From positions 166,470,001 to 166,534,000 of the forward strand of contig NC_042999.1 in NCBI RefSeq assembly GCF_006345805.1: DNA of 64,000 nucleotides, written 5' to 3'. The translations under genes and the position numbers were made by a program. The DNA is from Octopus sinensis. Taxonomy: Eukaryota. The notes below the pieces were generated by a model that saw nothing but the letters and a program-made list of their open reading frames with translations, ran no database searches and was not told where the DNA came from. Below, piece after piece: positions 27,051 to 40,283 of the stretch (positions are counted from its first letter, which is position 1; every line of letters starts with the position of its first letter).

Positions 27051-30000
27051 TATATATCTGAATATTCCCCTAAAATACTCGAAGAGACCACCTGTAGTTC
27101 TGGTCTGAATGCATCATAAATACTCAGTCTGACACTAATCTCATGGGTCACTAATCCAAGCCTAAATTGTTTTAGTATATCTCTCATTATGACAACAAAT
27201 TATTTGGCTCTTTATCTTGACCAAGGTGGACTTAGATGTTTCATCTTTCGATTCCTCGTTAAGCATTGTTTCTATGGACATTTGTCTTGTTATACAAAAT
27301 GTCATAATTTCTATTGTCTTCTTTAGGCCTTTTTAGTTTTTCTCATTTATAATTGCTGCTCATTGTTGATATAACATCTGAATTTAATCGTTAGGAAATG
27401 TTCAAATGTTATATAAAATCTTGCAAGTTAGGAATGCAATATAAAACTTCCAGTATGTTTGCTAAGATATCGAGCTTTCTGTGATTAATTCTACTTTAAA
27501 TAACATGCTTGGCCTTGCCATTCAGCTGATGTTGTAATTATACTAACATGCATCTTGCTATTGCTGCCAATATGCTTGTTGATCTTACATTATTGTTTTA
27601 GACATTCCACATATCCTATTCTTCTGCCTTTGCACATTTAGGCATTTTATCTAATATAGATTTATGGGCAGCTTCTATAAAATCATTTTCCTTTTGTTTT
27701 CTTGCTTGGTTGAATTGTTCAAATTTGGTTGTCTGTGCAATCCATAAACATACTAAATCTTACAGCAGTTTAATTATGAATGCATCTCTCTTCTGGTACT
27801 AACTTGTATGCTGTTTTCCCTGTACAACCAGTTTTGCTTTTGTTCCAGATTTGGTGCTTTCAATTATTTTCAGACAAATAAATTAGTAGAGTCGTTAAAG
27901 CATCCAACACAATTCCTTAAGGCATTAATTCAGCCCCATGTGCTCTGAGCTGAAATCCCACTGATGACAACTTTACTTTTCATCTTTTAAGGGTTGATAA
28001 ATAATCTACAAGATCAATAGTAGGATTTTTTCTTCTCTTTCTATCTCTGGAAGAAATCAGCTCTGGTCGGACCCAGAGAAGATGATCTCTGCCAGGTATA
28101 AATCTCCAAGACATTCCATAGGTCACAACAGTACCTTTACAACTACTGACAGAAGTTGAGAGAGCAAAGCAAGGCAGTTACTCTTATTTTAAATTGTTTT
28201 GTTACTGGTTTGTAATGTAAGTACATTTGATTTATAATTAAGTTATCATAAGGTTGTAAGGCGACAGAAATGGTAGACAGTTGAGATGAGAGGATTTCCC
28301 TTTTCTTACTTTAACAACTCTGTCTTTGCTACAATCTTCCATTTCTAATGAGGTAACAAACTTTTGTTTGTAAATCGGGAATATTTTTTACATCTGCTTT
28401 ATCCTTGGACTAGATGAGAATTCTACTGTAAAATACCCTGACACTAATCATTACTTCTTTTCATGTAAGATATTTTATTCCACATCTTCCCATGTCAAAT
28501 CAACCTGAGAAAACCAACAAAGAAACTTTTGATTCAGCTGATAAAGTTATAAGTAAATTTAGACACACTTGACAAATACATCATTTCATAGCCCAGAAGG
28601 AGTGGAAAATAAATAAAACAAAGTTCCTAGTCATAAAATAAACTTTAGCCCCCGATAACAGATACTATAATTTGATCTAAGCCCAAAGGAACATACCTCT
28701 GCATACCTGACAACAGACTCTGATTACAGACTCTACTGTTGCATGACTCAATGATTAACTATAAAAAGAATACTGACTTTTCCAACAATATGCAAATTTG
28801 CTACCAAATTTGAGAAGTGCAAAACTTCTTAATAGAATAAATCCAAACAACACACAACAGAAGATATTGATTCACATTTCTCAAACAATTACAATAAATT
28901 CCTTGAATCAATGCTGACAGCTACTTTGTTAATACATATATTAATGTTTTGGTAATTCAAAGGGAGTATTTTGGGGTTCCTTTTTTTTTTTTTTTTTTTT
29001 TTTGTTTCAGTTAGAATATTTTAAAATACAGTCAGTCATTACCCATGAATGATGGAATATGCCTTGGTAGCATATGCCATGCTTTTACTAATTGTTTTAA
29101 TAGCTCATGTAGTCACATAGCCACAGGCATTTTCTCACCCCTGAAATCTAAGAACACATCCAGGATGTGATCACTGAGAGAGAGAGAGAGAGGGGGGGGT
29201 GCAGTCCTCTTCTCCCTCAGCTCTCTTGTCAGTACTCGTTATAGCAGGGTGAAGTGGAGCAATGTGAAATGAAGTACCCATGACTTCTTTGATAATGAGC
29301 CAAACCACTCAGTCATTCATTTTCACAATTAGAATATAGAACTGCCAAGACATTACACTCCTACTCACCCCACCCCCAATGAAAGATGCAAAGTTTTGAG
29401 CCATGTCTAGTGGGAACGTTGACCACTGATGTGCTCTATCTGTACCACTTCTTTTTAATCAACTTCTCTGGTGAACTATTAGATTGTTATGCATCAACAA
29501 AACTCTTTCTGGCCTACAAAATCTAGTGTACTTCAATGTTCAGTTTTATTTCACATTTAACACCAACAACCTTAGTCATGACATATACCAAGGAAATGGA
29601 CAAACACTCATAAAACATCTAAAAAGTTCACCTTACAAATTCTGGATATACATTTCTGATCTTACCTTAGCGATATCATATTTATAACATAGCTTCCCAA
29701 AGCTTTTCAACTGCTGGTCTCCATCAGGTACTTTCACATTCCAAATTGTTCCCAGATCAAAGCTGGAGCTGTTGTTTACACAGAGCTAGGATAGATTACA
29801 TCCATTAGCAGATCATTCATTTAATTGGGAAAGCAACAACAATCGCATTGATGTGCTCTATCTCTTTTACTAGTATTAACAGTAGCAGTCAGTTCTGCTG
29901 AACCAGCAAGCTACAGACTTCTCAATCCATTCACATCTCTTCCTCTTGTCTCAAGCCCTAAACTTTTAACAAATCATTTCTTCCAGAACTTGCAGGCCCC

Positions 30001-30105
30001 TCGTATACTTGCTCAGTGCATTTATTTGCAGTTCAAACTGAGCATCACCAACAGTGTTGGTGAAGGACCAACTCATACACAAAGACACACACACACAGTA
30101 ATATA

Positions 30106-30337
30106 CTGGGGGTGAAAAAGTAGGTGTACAGAAAGTATCACATCAACATTATATTTAATTCATTAAAATAATTAGCACATTAAATTAGCCTCATTTTTGA
30201 TATTTTCAGTGTCAATAATCATATTAATATATTTATCATACCTATAATATTTTTTTCGTAACTTTAATTTTTTTGATAAAAATGAGTATTGTACATTTTC
30301 TTTTTCATAACTGCACACCTACTTTTGCACCACCCTG
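30106..30337. mobile_element. Tc1-type MITE
   Basis: TA|CTGGGGGTGAAAAAGTAGGTGTACAG ... CTGCACACCTACTTTTGCACCACCCTG|TA: imperfect ~27-bp TIRs with TA TSD. Confidence 0.75.
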
Positions 30338-31194
30338 TATATATATGATGGGCTTCTTTCAGCTTCCGTCTACCAAATCCACTCACAAAGTTTGGTCAGT
30401 CCAAGGCCATAATAGAAGACACTTGCCCAAGGTACCATGCAGTGGGACTGAACCCAGAACCATGTGATTGGGAAGCAAGCTTCTTACCACACAGCTACTC
30501 CTGCGTCTACTGTTAATGATAATGCTTACATAATTCCTATTATATCAGACTTTATATATGGAACCAAAACTCTGCTAACTTTTCCTCCCATCACACTCAG
30601 TAACTCATACAGCACACTGTTTCTTACTTTTAAGTACCTCTCTCTCGGCTGCTTTTCCTGCTACACCACAATACTTTCCTTATCAATGTGCATTTGCTAA
30701 TTTCAGTATTCAACAACGTGGAAGATTCTTCATTGTCCTACACCTACTAGAATAGTAGCCAGATTTCCCTCAAATCACACCCTACTGTCTAAAATACTGG
30801 TAAAAATAGCAGCAAACTTTCCTTGAAATCACAATCTACTTTCATAAGGACATACTAAAAAATGTAATAATAAATATGCAATAAAAATGAAATTAAACAA
30901 AACTAAAATCTTCATCATCATGATTCATTTTTGTGATCCCATACTGCTATAGGTTAGATGATAATTCTTTTTCGGTCAAATATCTTTCCTGATGCCAATT
31001 CTTACTTGTTTCCAAGTAGTAGTCGTAGTAGCAGCTATTGTTGTTGTTGTTGTTAGTCATTAATATTCACTCCAGTACATGACTACTTCCTTATTTCACT
31101 GAGGCCCAAAATCAAGAAGAGCGAAGTTCGTTGCAACAGGTTTTCAATTCAGAACATAAAGAGCCAGAAGAAATATCACAATAGTTCAAGCAAT

Positions 31195-31592
31195 GTGGCT
31201 GTGTGGTAAGTAGCTTGCTTGCGAACCACATGGTTCCGGGTTCAGTCCCACTGCGTGGCATCTTGGGCAAGTGTCTTCTGCTATAGCCCCGGGCCGACCA
31301 ATGCCTTGTGAGTGGATTTGGTAGATGGAAACAAAAAGAAGCCCGTCGTATATATGTATATATATATATATGTGTGTATGTGTGTGTATTTGTGTGTCTG
31401 CGTTTGTCCCCCTAGCATTGCTTGACAACTGATGCTGGTGTGTTTACGTCCCCGTCACTTAGCGGGTCGGCAAAAGAGACCGATAGAATAAGTACTGGGC
31501 TTACAAAGAATAAGTCCCGGGGTCGAGTTGCTCAACTAAAGGCGGTGCTCCAGCATGGCCGCAGTCAAATGACTGAAACAAGTAAAAGAGTA
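31195..31592 (+). mobile_element. SINE family A
   Basis: Near full-length copy; a second, older head follows at 31658-31900. Confidence 0.9.
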
Positions 31593-31975
31593 ATCCATGA
31601 TCCTCATAATAACTTTCTTTTAATATTATTATTATTATTGTGAATAATAATAATCACAGGAGTGACTGTGTGCTTAAGAGGTTTTCTTTCCAACCATACA
31701 ATTTTGGATTCAGTCCCACTGCAGAGTGCTTTGGGAAAGTGTCTTCTATGCCACCAAGCTGATCAGAGCCTTCTGAGAGGATCTCACAGACAAAATCTAA
31801 AAAAAATCCCATACATATATGTGTATATATATTTATATATATCCATATATCTATCGATCTATATATTTATATATATCCTTATATCTATAAATCTATATAT
31901 TTATATGCCATCTTTGAGAACGAGCGGGGCAAAGATGACAAGAATGGAGACGATGAAAGAAGTCACCCCCACCTG

Positions 31976-32614
31976 GTGGATGCCCGGGAGGAGGTTTTGA
32001 ATGAGAAACCTGCCCGGGAAGTGAAGTCAGGTGCAAGTTCTCCAACCGGCAGCAAAGGCCATGGAGACGGAGAACCCGGTGAAGAGGTAGAGGGAGGAGG
32101 AAGAACTAAAAGAAGGGCTGGTAGAGCTAAAGGAAAAGCTCAAGCAGGACGAAAGGGTGAAAAAACCAGGAATAGAAGTGGAACCACAAAAGATGGAAAC
32201 AAACAGCGCACACGGGTGTGTAGGTTCTACCTGAGAGGTTCCTGCTGGCATGGAAAGGAAGGTGCAGGCTGCCGCTTTGCACATCGGGGACCCTGCCACA
32301 GAGACACGAGGCAGATGGACAAACCATCAACACAAGGAAAAGGGATAGACCACGCACCACTTGCCCCAAAGCGAAGGTACGCAGATGTTGTGCGTGCCAC
32401 AAACCACCAACATGATGTTGTCGAAAGGGCAGCTGCTGAGCAACAATCTTTTTTGTGCATGGCACAAAAGATTGTACAGCAGCTGACCTGGCTTCATCAA
32501 ACCCAAGCCCGCAGGTGGGACTACCCACTAAATACCAGACCACCACCACAGCAAACAGACCCAGGATGGACACCACCGGCAACAACGTACACCTCACCTC
32601 GATGCTCCTACTGA
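31976..32614 (+). CDS. LINE ORF1 protein, 212 aa, with a C-x7-C-x8-C-x3-H zinc finger
   Basis: Open ORF directly upstream of and overlapping ORF2; CRFYLRGSCWHGKEGAGCRFAH at 32219-32284. Confidence 0.75.
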   Translation: MDAREEVLNEKPAREVKSGASSPTGSKGHGDGEPGEEVEGGGRTKRRAGRAKGKAQAGRKGEKTRNRSGTTKDGNKQRTRVCRFYLRGSCWHGKEGAGCRFAHRGPCHRDTRQMDKPSTQGKGIDHAPLAPKRRYADVVRATNHQHDVVERAAAEQQSFLCMAQKIVQQLTWLHQTQARRWDYPLNTRPPPQQTDPGWTPPATTYTSPRCSY

Positions 32615-34530
32615 ACATCAGAGGACTGCAAACACTCAGTAACAGGACAAAAATCCCGTTCCTGAGAGATTTTGTTGCATGCAATCAAGCCTTATGCATA
32701 GCACTAACGGAAACGCACCTGAAACCGGATATAGCAGATGCGGAGTTACACATACCACAGTATGCTGTACTACGGACCGACAGGAAAGAAAGGAGTCATG
32801 GAGGTGTTGCTATGTACATCCGTGAGGACCTCACACCCCAGGTCCTCTTGTCATACTCAAACTCGGTGTGTGACACACTAATTGTACATATTAGGTAACT
32901 TGATGTAGTTGTGTGTGCTACATATCGCCCTCCAGATTCCCCAAGCCATGTGGGCAAGTTTGAAGACTGCCTTATAAAAATAGAAGAAGTTCTAACCACA
33001 TTAGAACAACACATAAGTGTACTTCTTATGGGAGACTTCAATCTGCCAAATGTCAGATGGCCCGAGGGCCTTTCTCTCCCAGGAATGACAAGATGTGAAC
33101 GAGGACAGGCGAGGTCCCTCCTGAACCTCATCAACACCCTGTACATGGAGCAGGTAATACTCCAACCAACCAGGGCAGGTAACACACTGGATCTCTGCTT
33201 CACAAATGACATGGATCTCATCCATAATGTGAAAGTGACACCGACACTACTCTCGGATCACAACATGATAGAGCTGACCATGTACGGGCCAAAAGAGAGC
33301 ACGGACATGCAGCCTACAAGAAACCCCCAGAATCTTTCCAGCTTGAACTACCATAAGGCAAACTGGAAACAAATTGAGAAAGAGATCCTCGAAGATAACT
33401 GGCCTAAATGTCTCTCCTCGCCAGACATCGACGTGAAACTTCAACAATTCATGTCTGTAATGCAAGCCATATGCTACAAATATGTCCCAGAGAGAAAGGC
33501 CACTGTACACAAGAACAAAATCCCCAGAGAGAGGAAAATTCTAATGAGACGGCGTGCAGAATTTTCGAATCGCCTAAGCAAACAGATTGAAAGCAGTGAA
33601 AAGTCCCGCCTAAAAATAAAACTTGGAAATCGAAAAATGTCTGCAACTCTCCCATGAAAAGGAAAGAGCAGACAAAGAGGCCTGGGCTATGGACAACATA
33701 AAATCTAACCCCAGAGCTTTCTACAGGTATGCCAAAGAAACAGCTACGGTGCACTGTAGAATGGGGCCACTCCTCGAGAGGGATGGCACACTTGCAGGAA
33801 AACCAATGAGGGTAGGTGAAATACTGAATGAGCAATTCAAGAGCGTTTTCACTCCACCCCTTGGGCATCTCCAAATCACCAATCCAACTGACTTTTTTAC
33901 CACTGCAGATATAAAATCAGAGGCGGCGACGATAGATTACATCGATATAAAGGAAGACGATATAATCAAGGCTATAGATGAAATGAAAACAGACTCAGCT
34001 ACTGGCCCCGATGGATTCCCGGCAATCCTCCTAAAAGCATGTAAGAGAGTCCTAGCAAGACCACTGCAGTTCCTCTTTCAGAGCTTCCTTGCAGCTGGCA
34101 AACTTCCAAGAAAACTGAAGGAAGGTAAAATATGCCCCATTCATAAAGGAGGTAGCAGAGCGGAAGCCAAGAACTATAGACCTATCTCTCTGACCTCACA
34201 CATCAGCAAGGTCATGGAACGAATAGTCAGAAGGAAGCTGATCACCTTCCTTGAAGAAAATGACTTGCTGCCCGACACCCAACATGGTTTCCGACCAGGG
34301 AGAGGTTGTTTGGCTCAGCTCCTGCAGCACTGTGGCTGGGTGCTGGGACGGCTGCTCAACCACTCAAATGTGGAAGTGATATATCTCGACTTTGCAAAGG
34401 CCTTTGATAAAGTCGATCATGGAATGATATGCCACAAACTGCGTGATCTCAATATAGTTGGAAAACTGGGAGAATGGCTTCATGACTTTCTGAAAGATAG
34501 AAGTCAGGTGGTAGTGGCCAATGGGGCCAC

Positions 34531-34630
34531 NNNNNNNNNNNNNNNNNNNNNNNNNNNNNNNNNNNNNNNNNNNNNNNNNNNNNNNNNNNNNNNNNNNNNN
34601 NNNNNNNNNNNNNNNNNNNNNNNNNNNNNN
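34531..34630. other. Assembly gap (100 N)
   Basis: Run of N; the RT C-terminal half is missing across it. Confidence 1.
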
Positions 34631-34714
34631 TATATATATATATTATGTATATATATATATGTATGTATGTATATATATATATGTAGTATGTATATATATA
34701 TATATGTATATATG

Positions 34715-34746
<32 letters not shown>

Positions 34747-35246
34747 TATATATATGTATGTATATATATATATATATTATTTTGGCATCGAGAGTTCCAC
34801 AAATACTAGAACTGGGTGCCACTGCATAGTGTCAAGGACTCCAAATTTGCCATCAAGATGTAGGACAAGATACTGTGATAGCCTGGGCTTCAGAGGTCCA
34901 CAGCTCTTCAATATCCTCCGGAAGAACCTGAGAGACCTGCATGGGGTGGATGCAGATGTTTTGAAAATAAAACTGGATCTCTTCCTATCAGGTGTCCCAG
35001 ATGAACCAACTTCACGGCAGGAGGTGCAGATGAGGGCAGCTGCATTGAACTCTCTCACGCACCAAATGTCAATTGCTAAAAAGCATTCATGGAGTAAAAT
35101 CATGTAGCAACACCGAATGGTGGTGCCCCAGCATGGCCACAGCTCATGAGCTGAAACTAGATAAAATATAAAAATATAAAATATAATATATATATATATA
35201 ATTATATATATATACACACACATATATATATATATATATACACATG

Positions 35247-35546
35247 TGGAGGCGCAATGGCCCACTGTTTAGGCAGCGAACTCGCGGTCGTAGGATCGCA
35301 GTTTCGATTCCCAGACCGGGCGTTGTGAGTGTTTATTGAGCGAAAACACCTAAAGCTCCACGAGGCTCCAGCAGGGGGGTGGGGATCCCTGCTGTACTCT
35401 TTCGCTACAACTTTCTCTCACTCTTTCTTCTGTTGGCCTGCTCGCTTAGCCAGCGGGGTGGTGTCATTTGAAGGCTAAAACAATGCGAAGCGCATTGTGA
35501 CCAGTGATGTATAGCAACATCTGATAGCCTGGTCGGTCACGGTGAT
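35247..35546 (+). mobile_element. tRNA-derived SINE family B
   Basis: Homologous to 2259-2550. Confidence 0.85.
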
Positions 35547-36253
35547 ATATATACACATATCTATACAACACACACATATATATATATATACATATATCTA
35601 TATATACACATATATATATATAACACATACATATATATAAATACACACATATATATATACATACATACATATATATATATACACACATATATATATATAC
35701 ACACACATATATATATATACACATATATATACATACATACACATATATATACATACATATATATATATACATACATACATATATATATATACATATATAT
35801 ATATATTACATACATAATACACATACATATATATATACATACATATATATATACATACATATATACATAATACATACAATACATACATACATATATACAT
35901 ACATACATATATACATACATATATACATATATCATACATATACATACATACATATTACATACATACATATATACATACATATATATATACATACATATAC
36001 ATACATACATTATACATACATACATATATACATATACAACAATTACATACATACATATATACATACATATATACTACATATATACATACATACATACATA
36101 CAATTTACATAATACATATATACATATATACATACATATACATCATACATATATACATACATATATACATACATACATATATACATACATATATACATCA
36201 TACATATATACATACATATATACATACATACAATATATACATACATACATATA

Positions 36254-36289
<36 letters not shown>

Positions 36290-36293
36290 TATA

Positions 36294-36335
<42 letters not shown>

Positions 36336-36415
36336 ATATATAAATATATATATACTATAATGTATAATCTACATACATATATATATATATTAAATACATA
36401 TATATATCTCTAAAA
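35547..36415. repeat. Compound (TACA)n/(TA)n/(CA)n microsatellite
   Basis: Direct inspection. Confidence 0.95.
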
Positions 36416-36673
36416 TAATATGTGACAATATTCAATAGCCAAGATAAAACTCTGAGTTTCAGATGCCGAGGTGGAAATCCACACCACTATCTCTTCGGGG
36501 TCTTTGGCCAGATAACTGAAGAGATGGTGGCATAGATTTCCACCTCGGCATCTGAAACTCAGAGTTTTATCTTGGCTATTGAATAATTGTCACATATTAC
36601 ATTTACAGATAAATTTCCTCTATTTACATAATATTGAGGTCTCTTTCTTTCTTTTGTTACCTTACCGTTTTTA

Positions 36674-36678
<5 letters not shown>
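36416..36678 (+). mobile_element. Short hammerhead-bearing element (family H1) with an inverted partial copy at its 5' end
   Basis: 36416-36479 is the reverse complement of 36535-36599 with one indel. Tail CCTCTATTTACATAATATTGAGGTCTCTTTC recurs at 49441-49486. Flanked by (TA)n. Confidence 0.75.
36507..36576 (+). ncRNA. Type I hammerhead-like ribozyme motif H1
   Basis: Stem I GCCAGAUAA/UUAUCU(U)GGC; core CUGAAGA 36516-36522; stem II GAUG..CAUC plus one extra U; GAA at 36554; stem III ACUC-A-GAGU; cleavage triplet GUU (36564-36566). Confidence 0.7.
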
Positions 36679-36716
<38 letters not shown>

Positions 36717-36729
36717 TATATATATACAT

Positions 36730-37140
36730 AGATGGTTTGTCTGGGATTACTCATATCAGACGGGTATGTTCGATTTTTAGTGCTCTCAAATTTAAACCTA
36801 ACGAAATCTTGGGCTGATGACGGAAATGTTGATAGGAGTATGTATTTCTAGCATCTCTTTATCCAACTAATCCAGAAACGGTGTTCTCAGGTAATCTTAT
36901 ATACGTGTGATCTTTCGTTATTTTTCCCTCTATACCTACGTGAATTATTTTTGAGTATACATTGTCTGGGAGACTTTTCTTATAGTAGAAGAAATAGCTA
37001 AAATTTTTTGGCTGCTATTTCTAAGTTCGGTGTGTGGTAAAGTTTTTTTTTTTTACTGAACCCTAATTATATAACGTAATGTTTTAAATATACCGTAAAT
37101 GGTCTTTACATACTGAACACTACTTGGTAAAATTATTAAT
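36730..37140 (+). mobile_element. Short hammerhead-bearing element (family H3) between TA arrays
   Basis: Unique ~410-bp segment bounded by microsatellites and containing the motif at 36808-36891; boundaries approximate. Confidence 0.55.
36808..36891 (+). ncRNA. Type I hammerhead-like ribozyme motif H3
   Basis: Stem I CUUGGG/CUCAGG (two G-U pairs); core CUGAUGA 36814-36820; long stem II (C)GGA..GUUG..CAAC..UCC(A); GAAA 36875-36878; stem III ACG-G-UGU; triplet GUU (cut after 36885). Confidence 0.7.
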
Positions 37141-37174
37141 TAATAATTAATTAATTTTACCCTTTTATTATTGA

Positions 37175-37204
37175 CTATATATACATATATATATATACAC
37201 ACAC

Positions 37205-37248
<44 letters not shown>

Positions 37249-37717
37249 GTATATAACATACACATATACATATATATATATGTATACACACACACACATA
37301 CACATATATATACATACACATATACATATATATATGTATATACACACACATATACACATATATATGTATATACACACACATATACACATATATATATATA
37401 CTTACACATATATATATGTATATACATACACATATATATATATATATGTATATACACACACATATACACATATATATATAGATATATGTATATACACACA
37501 CACACTACTATATATATATATTATATATATATTATATATATATACACACACACATACAATATATAATATATATTATACACACACATATACATATATAATA
37601 TATATATATATATATATATACACCACACACATATACATTATATATATATATATATATACACACACACATATACATATATATATATAATATATATATATAT
37701 ATACACACACACAATAC

Positions 37718-37750
<33 letters not shown>

Positions 37751-37792
37751 TATACATATAATATATATATATATATACACACATATATATAT
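37175..37792. repeat. Compound (TA)n/(CA)n microsatellite
   Basis: Direct inspection. Confidence 0.95.
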
Positions 37793-40283
37793 GTATGAGT
37801 CCTGCTGAACCTCACTAATGCCCTATCCATGGAGTAAGCTGTACTCAAGCCAACTAGATCTCTGCTTCACGAACAATATGGACATCATTCATGATGTGAA
37901 AGTGACACCGACATTAGTCTCAGATCACAACATAATAAAGCTGTCTATGTTTGGGCCGAAAGTAACCAGAGACATACAGCCTAAAGGAAGCACCCGAAAT
38001 CTCTCCAATCTGAACTTCCACAAAGCAGATTGGAAATCAATCCAAAAAGAGATCCTCAGAGAGTACTGGCTGGAATGTCTCTCCACACCAGAAATTGATA
38101 TGAAACTAGAATGTTTCATGTCTTCTGTCCAAGCCATATGCCAGAAATATGTCCCAGAGCACAAGGTCAAAACAAACAGGAGCAAGATTCCGAGGGAGAG
38201 GAAGATCCTCATGAGACGACGGATGAAGGATGCAAATCGACTCAACCAACATCCCAAAAGTAGCGAAACGTCCCGCCTAAAAACAACACTGGTGGAGATC
38301 GAAAAAAGGTTGCAACAATCCTATGTGAGGGAGAAAGCAGACAAAGAAATCTGGGTTATGAAAAGCATTAAGTCAAACCCAAAGGCCTTCTTTCATTATG
38401 TGAAAGAAACAGCCTCAGTATGCTGCAAGATAGGACCACTCTTCCAAAAGGATGGCTCCCTCACAGACATTCCAACTAGGATCAGTGAGGTACTGAATGA
38501 CCAGTTGAAAAGTGTCTTTACCACCCTGTTGGAACACAGACAAGTGAACGAAACAATAGGGACAAAATTTATCATGTTTATTCTCAACCGAAGTAAGGCC
38601 CTATAACCTCACTACCTCCAACCAGCAAGGCAGTTACAATGGAATACATCAACATTAGCGAAGAAGATATATTACTAGGCATAGATTAAGAGGGCACAAA
38701 CTCAACTGCTGGTCCTGATGGTTTCCGAGCAATCCTCCTCAAATCGCGTAAGCATGCCTTGGTAAAACCCCTCCAGATTCTCTTCCAGAGCTTTCTTACA
38801 AATGGCAAACCGCCAAGCAAGCTGAAGGAGGGAATAATATGCCCAATCCATAAAGGGGGAAGCAGAGCAGATGCCAAAAACTATAGGCCTATCTCTCTGA
38901 CTTCACACATCAGCAAAGTCATGGAATGGATAGCCAGAGGGAAACTAAATCTCATTCCTTGAAGGAAATAACGCTGAGTGGTACCCAGCATGGTTTTCGA
39001 CCAGGTAGGAGCTGCCTGACCCAGCTCTTACAACATTATGACTGGGTGTTGAGGCAGTTACTCAACAAATCATATGTGGACGTAATCTACCTTGATTTTG
39101 CAAAAGCTTTTGACAAGGTGGATCATGGTATGATATGCCACAAACTGCGTGATCTCAGCATTGCTGGAAAACTTGGAGTGTGGTTGCATGACTTCCTGAA
39201 AGATAGGAGTCAGGCAGTAGTGGCTAATGGAGCCACCTCTATGAAAACACAAATAATGAGTGGTGTTCCACAAGGCACTGTCTTGGGACCACTGCTTTTT
39301 CTAGTGGCCCTCTCAGATATATCCCTCAAGAATCCGGATAGCCACACTTACAAGCTACACAGACGATACGAAAGTCTCGCAGAAAATACAGAACCCCAGC
39401 GATGTTGCACACCTGCAGCAGGAGTTGGACTCAATCTACAGATGGGCTGAGAATAATAATATGCAGTTTAATGCTGAAAAATTCCAAGCCCTGTGCTACC
39501 AGCATCCAAAACTAAATATGAAACTTACAGGCTACACTGGTCCACAGGGAATTTCAATCCCAGAGCCTAAGTCTGTGAGGGACCTGGGTATCGACATGAG
39601 TGAGGATACCTCTTTCCAAGTGCAAATTACCAGGATGGCGACAAAGTGCAGACAACTGGCTAAATGGATTCTATTAACAATGAGAACAAAAGATAAAGAA
39701 ACCATGATGGTCCTCTCGAGGACATTCGTCCTCAGATGCCTGGAATACTGTTCACAGTTATGGTCACCCACCAATCCAGAGAAGATTCACAAAGAAGATC
39801 GTCTCTTTGCAACAGCTCAGCTACTGGGAAAGGTTGAAACAGCTATGACTCTACTCCCTGGAAAGAAGACGGGAGAGGTATGTAGTAATATATGTCTGGA
39901 AGGGATTGTGCCAAATTTTGGCATTGAAAGCTAAACCAATGCCAGAACGGGATGACACTGCATAGTGCCAAAGATCCCAGCAACGCCATTGCACTTCAGA
40001 ACCAGTTACTGCAATAGCCTGGGTTTCAAGGGCCCACAGCTTTTTGATATTCTCCCAAAGAGCCTGAGGAACCTACACAAAGTAGATGTAGGCATTTTTA
40101 AATCAAAGCCAGACCTCTTCCTGTCGAGAGTCCCAGATGAACATACATCATGGCAAGAGGTGCAAATGAGGGTTGCTATATCAAACTCCATATGTTTCAC
40201 AAAGTGCCACATGTTGGAGGAGGCTCTTAGTAATAACAGTGTAGCACAAAACAGCAGTGCACCAGCATGGCCGCAGCTCTGAG
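37793..40283 (+). mobile_element. 5'-truncated, decayed CR1-clade LINE related to 31907-35166
   Basis: LDLCFTNNMDII, NYRPISLTSHISKV, YLDFAKAFDKVDH, GVPQGTVLGPLLF, LEYCSQLWSP; tail CCAGCATGGCCGCAGCTC; begins at a TA array. Confidence 0.92.

Larger units (their letters stand above)
31907..35166 (+). mobile_element. Near full-length CR1-clade LINE (ORF1 with CCCH finger; ORF2 APE+RT), interrupted by the assembly gap
   Basis: ORF1 31976-32614. ORF2 from ATG 32602 with LNIRGL, LTETHL, TYRPP, MGDFNLP, TLDLCFT, YRPISLTSHISKVMERI, QHGFR, YLDFAKAFDKVDH. Stop at 32896-32898 and frameshift near 33620-33657; 3' end 34780-35166. Confidence 0.93.

Noticed and set aside
29440-29960. Possible degenerate Penelope GIY-YIG remnant (..YQGNGQTLIKHL..)
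   Set aside because: Similarity too weak to support without a profile search.
34631-34780. TA microsatellite apparently inside the CR1 RT domain
   Set aside because: Directly abuts the N gap, so order and contiguity cannot be trusted.
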